DNA from: Eledone cirrhosa
Lineage: Eukaryota
NCBI GenBank assembly: GCA_964016885.1
Contig: OZ024743.1
Location: 378,200,001-378,264,000, forward strand
Direction of reading: 5' to 3'
DNA length: 64,000 bases
This document shows positions 33,701 to 45,700 of the stretch, one piece after another (position 1 is the stretch's first letter; the number at the start of each line of letters is the position of its first letter). The notes under the pieces are model-generated. The model did no database searches. It was not told the origin of the DNA and saw only the letters and a program-made list of their open reading frames with translations. The position numbers and the translations under genes were made by a program.

Positions 33701-36700
33701 ACCTGGTGGGGTTCTGGGGTCACTGTTGACTTGGGTGGGGGGATAGTGTTGACCTGGTGGGGTTGTGGGGGTTAGTGTTGACATGGTGGGGTTGTGAGGG
33801 TTAGTGTTGACATGGTGGGGTTGTGGGGGTTAGTGTTGACATGGTGGAGTTGTGGGGGTTAGTGTTGACATGGTGGGGTTGTGGGGGTTAGTGTTGACAT
33901 GGTGGGGTTGTGGGGGTTAGTGTTGACTTGGTGGGGTTGTGGGGGTTAGTGTTGACCTGGAGGGGTTGTGGGGGTTAGTGTTGACCTGGAGGGGTTGTGG
34001 GGGTTAGTGTTGACATGGTGGGGTTGTGAGGGTTAGTGTTGACACGGTGGGGTTGTGAGGGTTAGTGTTGACATGGTGGGGTTGTGGGGGTTAGTGTTGA
34101 CATGGTGGGGTTGTGAGGGTTAGTGTTGACACGGTGGGGTTGTGAGGGTTAGTGTTGACATGGTGGGGTTGTGAGGGATGGTGTTGACATGGTGGGGTTG
34201 TGGGGGTTAGTGTTGACATGGTGGGGTTGTGGGGGTTAGTGTTGACATGGTAGGGTTGTGGGGGTTAGTGTTGACATGGTGGGGTTGTGGGGGTTAGTGT
34301 TGACATGGTGGGGTTGTGAGGGTTAGTGTTGACATGGTGGGGTTGTGAGGGTTAGTGTTGACATGGTGGGGTTGTGGGGGTTAGTGTTGACATGGTGGGG
34401 TTGTGAGGGTTAGTGTTGACATGGTGGGGTTGTGGGGGTTAGTGTTGACATGGTGGGGTTGTGGGGGTTAGTGTTGACATGGTGGAGTTGTAGGGGTTAG
34501 TGTTGACATGGTGGGGTTGTGGGGTTTAGTGTTGACATGGTGGGGTTGTGGGGGTTAGTGTTGACATGGTGGGGTTGTGAGGGTTAGTGTTGATCTGGTG
34601 GGGTTGTGAGGGTTAGTGTTGACATGGTGGGGTTGTGAGGGTTAGTGTTGACATGGTGGGGTTGTGAGGGTTAGTGTTGACATGGTGGGGTTGTGGGGGT
34701 TAGTGTTGACATGGTGGGGTTGTGAGGGTTAGTGTTGACACGGTGGGGTTGTGAGGGTTAGTGTTGACATGGTGGGGTTGTGAGGGTTAGTGTTGACATG
34801 GTGGGGTTGTGGGGGTTAGTGTTGACATGGTGGGGTTGTGGGGGTTAGTGTTGACATGGTAGGGTTGTGGGGGTTAGTGTTGACATGGTGGGGTTGTGGG
34901 GGTTAGTGTTGACATGGTGGGGTTGTGGGGGTTAGTGTTGACATGGTGGGGTTGTGAGGGTTAGTGTTGACATGGTGGGGTTGTGAGGGTTAGTGTTGAC
35001 ATGGTGGGGTTGTGGGGGTTAGTGTTGACATGGTGGAGTTGTGGGGGTTAGTGTTGACTTGGTGGGGTTGTGAGGGTTAGTGTTGACCTGGAGGGGTTGT
35101 GGGGGTTAGTATTGACCTGGTGGGGTTAGTGTTGACCTGGTGGGGTTGTGGGGGTTAGATTCTTGACTTGATGGGGTTGTGGGGGATAGTGTTGACTTGG
35201 TGGGGTTGTGGGGGATACTGTTGACTTGGTGGGTTGTGGGGGATACAGTTGACCTGGTGGGGTTCTGGGGTCACTGTTGACTTGGGCGGGGGGATAGTGT
35301 TGACCTGGTGGGGTTGTGGGAGTTAGTGTTGACATGGTGGGGTTGAGGGGGTTAGTGTTGATCTGGTGGGGTTGTGAGGGTTAGTGTTGACATGGTGGGG
35401 TTGTGAGGGTTAGTGTTGACATGGTGGGGTTGTGAGGGTTAGTGTTGACATGGTGGGGTTGTGAGGGTTAGTGTTGACATGGTGGGGTTGTGAGGGTTAG
35501 TGTTGACATGGTGGGGTTGTGGGGGTTAGTGTTGACATGGTGGGGTGTGGGGGTTAGTGTTGACATTGTGGGGTTGTGAGGGTAACTGTTGACATGGTGG
35601 AGTTGTGAGGGTTAGTGTTGATCTGGTGGGGTTGTGAGGGTTAGTGTTGACATGGTGGGGTTGTGGGGGTTAGTGTTGACATGGTGGGGTTGTGAGGATT
35701 AGTGTTGACATGGTGGGGTTGTGGGGGTTAGTGTTGACATGGTGGGGTTGTGAGGGTTAGTGTTGACATGGTGGGGTTGTGAGGGTTAGTGTTGATCTGG
35801 TGGGGTTGTGAGGGTTAGTGTTGACATGGTGGGGTTGTGGGGGTTAGTGTTGACATGGTGGGGTTGTGGGGGTTAGTGTTGACATGGTGGGGTTGTGGGG
35901 GTTAGTGTTGACATGGTGGGGTTGTGGGGGTTAGTGTTGACATGGTGGGGTTGTGGGGGTTAGTGTTGACATGGTGGGGTTGTGAGGGTTAGTATTGACA
36001 TGGTGGGGATGTGGGGGTTAGTGTTGACATGGTGGGGTTGTGAGGGTTAGTGTTGACATGGTGGGGTTGTGAGGGTTAGTGTTGACATGGTGGGGTTGTG
36101 GGGTTTAGTGTTGACCTGGTGGGGTTGTGGGGGTTAGTGTTGACATGGTGGGGTTGTGGGGGTTAGTGTTGACATGGTGGGGTTGTGGGGGTTAGTATTG
36201 ACATGGTGGGGATGTGGGGGTTAGTGTTGACATGGTGGGGTTGTGGGGGTTAGTGTTGACATGGTGGGGTTGTGAGGGTTAGTATTGACATGGTGGGGAT
36301 GTGGGGGTTAGTGTTGACATGGTGGGGTTGTGAGGGTTAGTGTTGACATGGTGGGGTTGTGAGGGTTAGTGTTGACATGGTGGGGTTGTGGGGGTTAGTG
36401 TTGACCTGGTGGGGTTGTGGGGGTTAGTGTTGACATGGTGGGGTTGTGGGGGTTAGTGTTGACATGGTGGGGATGTGAGTTAGTGTTGACATGGTGGGGT
36501 TGTGGGGGTTAGTGTTGACATGGTGGGGTTGTGGGGGTTAGTATTGACATGGTGGGGATGTGGGGGTTAGTGTTGACATGGTGGGGTTGTGGGGGTTAGT
36601 GTTGACATGGTGGGGTTGTGGGGGTTAGTGTTGACATGGTGGGGTTGTGGGGGTTAGTGTTGACATGGTGGCGTTGTGAGGGTTAGTGTTGACATGGTGG

Positions 36701-39700
36701 GGTTGTGGGGGTTAGTGTTGACATGATGGGGTTGTGGGGATTAGTGTTGACATGGTGGGGTTGTGGGGGTTAGTGTTGACATGGTGGGGTTGTGGGGGGT
36801 ACTGTTCACTTGGTAGGTTGTGGGGGATAGAGTTGACCTGGTGGGGTTCTGGGGTCACTGTTGACTTGGGCGGGGGGATAGTGTTGACCTGGTGGGGTTG
36901 TGGGGGTTAGTGTTGACATGGTGGGGTTGTGGGGGTTAGTGTTGACATGGTGGGATTGTGGGGGTTAGTGTTGACATGGTGGGGTTGTGGGGGTTAGTGT
37001 TGACATGGTGGGGTTGTGAGGGTTAGTGTTGACATGGTGGGGTTGTGGGGGTTAGTGTTGACATGGTGGGGTTGTGGGGGTTAGCGTTGACATGGTGTGG
37101 TTGGGGTTGTGAGGGTTAGTGTTGACATGGTGGGGTTGTGGGGGTTAGTGTTGACATGGTGGGGTTGTGGGGGTTAGTGTTGACATGGTGGGGTTGTGGG
37201 GGTTAGTGTTGACATGGTGTGGTTGGGGTTGTGGGGGTTAGTGTTGACATGGTGGGGTTGTGGGGGTTAGTGTTGACATGGTGGGGTTGTGGGGGTTAGT
37301 GTTGACATGGTGGGGTTGTGAGGGTTAGTGTTGACATGGTGGGGTTGGGGTTGTGAGGGTTAGTGCTGACATGGTGGGGTTGGGGTTGTGAGGGTTAGTG
37401 TTGACATGGTGGGGTTGTGGGGTTAGTGTTGTCATGGTGGGGTTGTGGGGGTTAGTGTTGACATGGTGGGGTTGTGAGGGTTAGTGTTAACATGATGGGG
37501 TTGAGGGTTAGTGTTGACATGGTGGGGTTGTGGGGGTTAGTGTTGACATGGTGGGGTTGTGAGGGTTAGTGTTGATCTGGTGGGGTTGTGAGGGTTAGTG
37601 TTGACATGGTGGGGATGTGGGGGTTAGTGTTGACCTGTTGGGGTTGTAGGGGTTAGTGTTGACCTGGTGGGGTTGAGGGGGTTAGTGTTGACATGGTGGG
37701 GTTGTGGGGGTTAGTGTTGACATGGTGGGGTTGTGGGGGTTAGTGTTGACATGGTGGGGTTGTGGGGGTTAGTGTTGACATGGTGGGGTTGTGAGGGTTA
37801 GCGTTGATCTGGTGGGGTTGTGAGGGTTAGCGTTGACATGGTGGTGTTGTGAGGGTTAGTGTTGACATGGTGGGGTTGTGATGGTTAGTGTTGACATGGT
37901 GGGGTTGTGAGGGTTAGTGTTGACATGGTGGGGTTGTGAGGGTTAGTGTTGACATGGTGGGGTTGTGAGGGTTAGTGTTGACATGGTGGGGTTGTGGGGG
38001 TTAGTGTTGACATGGTGGGGTTGTGGGGGTTAGTGTTGACATGGTGGGGTTGTGGGGGTTAGTGTTGACATGGTGGGGATGTGAGGGTTAGCGTTGATCT
38101 GGTGGGGTTGTGAGGGTTAGTGTTGACATGGTGGGGTTGTGAGGGTTAGTGTTGACATGGTGGGGTTGTGAGGGTTAGCGTTGATCTGGTGGGGTTGTGA
38201 GGGTTAGCGTTGATCTAGTGGGGTTGTGAGGGTTAGTGTTGACATGGTGGGGTTGTGAGGGTTAGTGTTGACATGGTGGGGTTGTGAGGGTTAGTGTTGA
38301 CATGGTGGGGTTGTGAGGGTTAGTGTTGACATGGTGGGGTTGTGGGGGTTAGTGTTGACATGGTGGGGTTGTGAGGGTTAGTGTTGACATGGTGGGGTTG
38401 TGAGGGTTAGCGTTGATCTGGTGGGGTTGTGAGGGTTAGTGTTGACATGGTGGGGTTGTGAGGGTTAGTGTTGACATGGTGGGGTTGTGAGGGTTAGTGT
38501 TGACATGGTGGGGTTGTGAGGGTTAGTGTTGAGATGGTGGGGTTGTGAGGGTTAGTGTTGATCTGGTGGGGGTGTGAGGGTTAGTGTTGACATGGTGGGG
38601 TTGTGGGGGTTAGTGTTGACATGGTGGGGTTGTGAGGGTTAGTGTTGACATGGTGGGGTTGTGGGGGTTAGTGTTGACATGGTGGGGTTGTGAGGGTTAG
38701 TGTTGACATGGTGGGGTTGTGAGGGTTAGTGTTGATCTGGTGGGGTTGTGAGGGTTAGTGTTGACATGGTGGGGTTGTGAGGGTTAGTGTTGACATGGTG
38801 GGGTTGTGGGGGTTAGTGTTGACATGGTGGGGTTGTGTGGGTTAGTGTTGACATGGTGGGGTTGTGAGGGTTAGTGTTGACATGGTGGGGTTGTGAGGGT
38901 TAGTGTTGATCTGGTGGGGGTGTGAGGGTTAGTGTTGACATGGTGGGGTTGTGGGGGTTAGTGTTGAAATGGTGGGGTTGTGGGGGTTAGTGTTGACATG
39001 GTGGGGTTGTGGGGGTTAGTGTTGACATGATGGGGTTGTGAGGGTTAGTGTTGACATGGTGGGGTTGTGGGGGTTAGTGTTGACATGGTGGGGTTGTGGG
39101 GGTTAGTGTTGACATGGTGGGGTTGTGGGGGTTAGTATTGACATGGTGGGGATGTGGGAGTTAGTGTTGACATGGTGGGGTTGTGGGGGTTAGTGTTGAC
39201 ATGGTGGGTTGTGGGGGTTAGTATTGACATGGTGGGGATGTGGGGGTTAGTGTTGACATGGTGGGGTTGTGGGGGTTAGTGTTGACATGGTGGGGTTGTG
39301 GGGGTTAGTGTTGACATGGTGGGGTTGTGGGGGTTAGTGTTGACATGGTGGCGTTGTGAGGGTTAGTGTTGACATGGTGGGGATGTGGGGGTTAGTGTTG
39401 ACATGATGGGGTTGTGGGGATTAGTGTTGACATGGTGGGGTTGTGGGGGTTAGTGTTGACATGGTGGGGTTGTGGGGGATACTGTTGACTTGGTAGGTTG
39501 TGGGGGATAGAGTTGACCTGGTGGGGTTCTGGGGTCACTGTTGACTTGGGCGGGGGGATAGTGTTGACCTGGTGGGGTTGTGGGGGTTAGTGTTGACATG
39601 GTGGGGTTGTGGGGGTTAGTGTTGACATGGTGGGATTGTGGGGGTTAGTGTTGACATGGTGGGGTTGTGGGGGTTAGTGTTGACATCGTGGGCTTGTGAG

Positions 39701-42700
39701 GGTTATTGTTGACATGGTGGGGTTGTGGGGGTTAGTGTTGACATGTTGGGGTTGTGGGGGTTAGTGTTGACATGGTGGGGTTGTGGGGGTTAGTGTTGAC
39801 ATGGTGTGGTTGGGGTTGTGAGGGTTAGTGTTGACATGGTGGGGTTGTGGGGGTTAGTGTTGACATGGTGGGGTTGTGGGGGTTAGTGTTGACATGGTGG
39901 TGTTGTGAGGGTTAGTGTTGACATGGTGGGGTTGATGGTTAGTGTTGACATGGTGGGGTTGTGGGGGTTAGTGTTGACATGGTGGGGTTGTGAGGGTTAG
40001 TGTTGATCTGGTGGGGTTGTGAGGGTTAGTGTTAACATGGTGGGGATGTGGGGGTTAGTGTTGACCTGTTGGGGTTGTAGGGGTTAGTGTTGACCTGGTG
40101 GGGTTGAGGGGGTTAGTGTTGACATGGTGGGGTTGTGGGGGTTAGTGTTGACATGGTGGGGTTGTGGGGGTTAGTGTTGACATGGTGGGGTTGTGGGGGT
40201 TAGTGTTGACATGGTGGGGTTGTGAGGGTTAGTGTTGACATGGTGGGGTTGTGAGGGTTAGCGTTGATCTGGTGGGGTTGTGAGGGTTAGTGTTGACATG
40301 GTGGGGTTGTGAGGGTTAGTGTTGACATGGTGGGGTTGTGATGGTTAGTGTTGACATGGTGGGGTTGTGAGGGTTAGTGTTGACATGGTGGGGTTGTGAG
40401 GGTTAGTGTTGACATGGTGGGGTTGTGAGGGTTAGTGTTGACATGGTGTGGTTGTGGGGGTTAGTGTTGACATGGTGGGGTTGTGGGGGTTAGTGTTGAC
40501 ATGGTGGGGTTGTGGGGGTTAGTGTTGACATGGTGGGGATGTGAGGGTTAGCGTTGATCTGGTGGGGTTGTGAGGGTTAGTGTTGACATGGTGGGGTTGT
40601 GAGGGTTAGTGTTGACATGGTGGGGTTGTGAGGGTTAGCGTTGATCTGGTGGGGTTGTGAGGGTTAGCGTTGATCTAGTGGGGTTGTGAGGGTTAGTGTT
40701 GACATGGTGGGGTTGTGAGGGTTAGTGTTGACATGGTGGGGTTGTGAGGGTTAGTGTTGACATGGTGGGGTTGTGGGGGTTAGTGTTGACATGGTGGGGT
40801 TGTGAGGGTTAGTGTTGACATGGTGGGGTTGTGAGGGTTAGCATTGATCTGGTGGGGTTGTGAGGGTTAGTGTTGACATGGTGGGGTTGTGAGGGTTAGT
40901 GTTGACATGGTGGGGTTGTGAGGGTTAGTGTTGACATGGTGGGGTTGTGAGGGTTAGTGTTGAGATGGTGGGGGTGTGAGGGTTAGTGTTGATCTGGTGG
41001 GGGTGTGAGGGTTAGTGTTGACATGGTGGGGTTGTGGGGGTTAGTGTTGACATGGTGGGGTTGTGAGGGTTAGTGTTGACATGGTGGGGTTGTGGGGGTT
41101 AGTGTTGACATGGTGGGGTTGTGAGGGTTAGTGTTGACATGGTGGGGTTGTGAGGGTTAGTGTTGATCTGGTGGGGTTGTGAGGGTTAGTGTTGACATGG
41201 TGGGGTTGTGAGGGTTAGTGTTGACATGGTGGGGTTGTGGGGGTTAGTGTTGACATGGTGGGGTTGTGTGGGTTAGTGTTGACATGGTGGGGTTGTGAGG
41301 GTTAGTGTTGACATGGTGGGGTTGTGAGGGTTAGTGTTGATCTGGTGGGGGTGTGAGGGTTAGTGTTGACATGGTGGGGTTGTGGGGGTTAGTGTTGACA
41401 TGGTGGGGTTGTGGGGGTTAGTGTTGACATGGTGGGGTTGTGGGGGTTAGTGTTGACATGATGGGGTTGTGAGGGTTAGTGTTGACATGGTGGGGTTGTG
41501 GGGGTTAGTGTTGACATGGTGGGGTTGTGAGGGTTAGTGTTGACATGATGGGGTTGTGAGGGTTAGTGTTGATCTGGTGGGGTTGTGAGGGTTAGTGTTG
41601 ACATGGTGGGGTTGTGGGGGTTAGTGTTGACATGGTGGGGTTGTGGGGGTTAGTGTTGACATGGTGGGGTTGTGAGGGTTAGTATTGACATGGTGGGGAT
41701 GTGGGGGTTAGTGTTGACATGGTGGGGCTGTGGGGGTTAGTGTTGACATGGTGGGGTTGTGGGGGTTAGTGTTGACATGGTGGGGTTGTGAGGGTTAGTG
41801 TTGACATGGTGGGGTTGTGAGGGTTAGTGTTGACATGGTGGGGTTGTGAGGGTTAGTGTTGACATGGTGGGGTTGTGGGGGTTAGTGTTGACATGGTGGG
41901 GTTGTGGGGGTTAGTGATCTGGTGGGGTTGTGAGGGTTAGTGTTGACATGGTGGGGTTGTGAGGGTTAGTATTGACATGGTGGGGATGTGGGGGTTAGTG
42001 TTGACATGGTGGGGTTGTGAGGGTTAGTGTTGACATGGTGGGGTTGTGAGGGTTAGTGTTGACATGATGGGGTTGTGGGGGTTAGTGTTGACATGGTGGG
42101 GTTGTGAGGGTTAGTATTGACATGGTGGGGATGTGGGGGTTAGTGTTGACATGGTGGGGTTGTGAGGGTTAGTGTTGACATGGTGGGGTTGTGAGGGTTA
42201 GTGTTGACATGGTGGGGTTGTGGGGGTTAGTGTTGACATGGTGGAGTTGTGGGGGTTAGTATTGACATGGTGGGGTTGTGGGGGTTAGTATTGACATGGT
42301 GGGGATGTGGGGGTTAGTGTTGACATGGTGGGGTTGTGGGGGTTAGTGTTGACATGGTGGGGTTGTGGGGGTTAGTATTGACATGGTGGGGGTGTGGGGG
42401 TTAGTGTTGACATGGTGGGGTTGTGGGGGTTAGTGTTGACATGGTGTGGTTGTGGGGGTTAGTGTTGACATGGTGGGGTTGTGGGGGTTAGTGTTGACAT
42501 GGTGGGGTTGTGGGGGTTAGTGTTGACATGGTGGGGTTGTGGGGGTTAGTGTTGACATGGTGGGGTTGTGGGGGTTAGTATTGACATGGTGGGGATGTGG
42601 GGGTTAGTGTTGACATGGTGGGGTTGTGGGGGTTAGTGTTGACATGGTGTGGTTGTGGGGGTTAGTGTTGACATGGTGGGGTTGTGGGGGTTAGTGTTGA

Positions 42701-45700
42701 CATGGTGGGGTTGTGGGGGTTAGTGTTGACATGGTGGGGTTGTGAGGGTTAGTGTTGACATGGTGGGGTTGTGGGGGTTAGTGTTGACATGATGGGGTTG
42801 TGGGGGTTAGTGTTGACATGGTGGGGTTGTGGGGGTTAGTGTTGACATGATGGGGTTGTGGGGGTTAGTGTTGACATGGTGGGGTTGTGGGGGTTAGTGT
42901 TGACATGGTGGGGTTGTGGGGGATACTGTTGACTTGGTGGGTTGTGGGGGATAGAGTTGACCCGGTGGGGTTCTGGGGTCACTGTTGACTTGGGCGGGGG
43001 GATAGTGTTGACCTGGTGGGGTTGTGGGGGTTAGTGTTGACATGGTGGGGTTGTGAGGGTTAGTGTTGACATGGTGGGGTTGTGAGGGTTAGTGTTGACA
43101 TGGTGGGGTTGAGGGGGTTAGTGTTGATCTGGTGGGGTTGTGAGGGTTAGTGTTGACATGGTGGGGTTGTGAGGGTTAGTGTTGACATGGTGGGGTTGTG
43201 AGGGTTAGTGTTGACATGGTGGGGTTGTGAGGGTTAGTGTTGACATGGTGGGGTTGTGAGGGTTAGTGTTGACATGGTGGGGTTGTGGGGGTTGGTGTTG
43301 ACATGGTGGGGTTGTTGGGGTTAGTGTTGACATGGTGGGGTTGTGGGGGTTAGTGTTGACATGGTGGGGTTGTGGGGGTTAGTGTTGACATGGTGGGGTT
43401 GTGAGGGTTAGTGTTGACATGGTGGGGTTGTGAGGGTTAGTGTTGACATGGTGGGGTTGTGGGGGTTAGTGTTGACATGGTGGAGTTGTGGGGGTTAGTG
43501 TTGACTTGGTGGGGTTGTGGGGGTTAGTGTTGACCTGGAGGGGTTGTGGGGGTTAGTATTGACCTGGTGGGGTTAGTGTTGACCTGGTGGGGTTGTGGGG
43601 GTTAGATTCTTGACTTGATGGGGTTGTGGGGGATAGTGTTGACTTGGTGGGGTTGTGGGGGATACTGTTGACTTGGTGGGTTGTGGGGGATAGAGTTGAC
43701 CTGGTGGGGTTCTGGGGTCACTGTTGACTTGGGCGGGGGGATAGTGTTGACCTGGTGGGGTTGTGGGGGTTAGTGTTGACATGGTGGGGTTGTGAGGGTT
43801 AGTGTTGACATGGTGGGGTTGTGAGGGTTAGTGTTGACATGGTGGGGTTGAGGGGGTTAGTGTTGATCTGGTGGGGTTGTGAGGGTTAGTGTTGACATGG
43901 TGGGGTTGTGAGGGTTAGTGTTGACATGGTGCGGTTGTGAGGGTTAGTGTTGACATGGTGGGGTTGTGAGGGTTAGTGTTGACATGGTGGGGTTGTGAGG
44001 GTTAGTGTTGACATGGTGGGGTTGTGGGGGTTAGTGTTGACATGGTGGGGTTGTGGGGGTTAGTGTTGACATTGTGGGGTTGTGAGGGTTAGTGTTGATA
44101 TGGTGGGGTTGTGAGGGTTAGTGTTGATCTGGTGGGGTTGTGAGGGTTAGTGTTGACATGGTGGGGTTGTGGGGGTTAGTGTTGACATGGTGGGGTTGTG
44201 GGGGTTAGTGTTGACATGGTGGGGTTGTGGGGGTTAGTGTTGACATGGTGGGGTTGTGAGGGTTAGTATTGACATGGTGGGGATGTGGGGGTTAGTGTTG
44301 ACATGGTGGGGTTGTGGGGGTTAGTGTTGACATGGTGGGGTTGTGGGGGTTAGGGTTGACATGGTGGGGTTGTGAGGGTTAGTGTTGACATGGTGGGGAT
44401 GTGAGGGTTAGTGTTGACATGGTGGGGTTGTGAGGGTTAGTGTTGACATGGTGGGGTTGTGGGGGTTAGTGTTGACATGGTGGGGTTGTGGGGGTTAGTG
44501 TTGACATGGTGGGGTTGTGGGGGTTAGTGTTGACATGGTGGGGTTGTGGGGGTTAGTGTTGACATGGTGGGGTTGTGAGGGTTAGTATTGACATGGTGGG
44601 GATGTGGGGGTTACTGTTGACATGGTGGGGTTGTGAGGGTTAGTGTTGACATGGTGGGGTTGTGAGGGTCAGTGTTGACATGGTGGGGTTGTGGGGGTTA
44701 GTGTTGACCTGGTGGGGTTGTGGGGGTTAGTGTTGACATGGTGGGGTTGTGGGGGTTAGAGTTGACATGGTGGGGTTGTGGGGGTTAGTATTGACATGGT
44801 GGGGATGTGGGGGTTAGTATTGACATGGTGGGGATGTGGGGGTTAGTGCTGACATGGTGGGGTTGTGGGGGTTAGTGTTGACATGGTGGGGTTGTGGGGG
44901 TTAGTATTGACATGGTGGGGATGTGGGGGTTAGTGTTGACATGGTGGGGTTGTGGGGGTTAGTGTTGACATGGTGGGGTTGTGGGGGTTAGTGTTGACAT
45001 GGTGGGGTTGTGGGGGTTAGTGTTGACATGGTGGGGTTGTGAGGGTTAGTGTTGACATGGTGGGGTTGTGGGGGTTAGTGTTGACATGATGGGGTTGTGG
45101 GGATTAGTGTTGACATGGTGGGGTTGTGGGGGTTAGTGTTGACATGGTGGGGTTGTGGGGGATACTGTTGACTTGGTGGGTTGTGGGGGATAGAGTTGAC
45201 CTGGTGGGGTTCTGGGGTCACTGTTGACTTGGGCAGGGGGTTAGTGTTGACATGGTGGGGTTGTGGGGGTTAGTGTTGACATGGTGGGGTTGTGAGGGTT
45301 TGTGTTGACATGGTGGGGTTGTGGGGGTTAGTGTTGACATGGTGGGGTTGTGAGGGTTAGTGTTGACATGGTGGGGTTGTGGGGGTTAGTGTTGACATGG
45401 TGGGGTTGTGGGGGTTAGTGTTGACATGGTGGGGTTGTGAGGGTTAGTGTTGACATGGTGGGGTTGTGGGGGTTAGTGTTGACATGGTGGGGTTGTGGGG
45501 GTTAGTGTTGACATGGTGGGGTTGTGGGGGTTAGTGTTGACATGGTGTGGTTGGGGTTGTGAGGGTTAGTGTTGACATGGTGGGGTTGTGGGGGTTAGTG
45601 TTGACATGGTGGGGTTGGGGTTGTGAGGGTTAGTGCTGACATGGTGGGGTTGGGGTTGTGAGGGTTAGTGCTGACATGGTGGGGTTGTGGGGGTTAGTGT

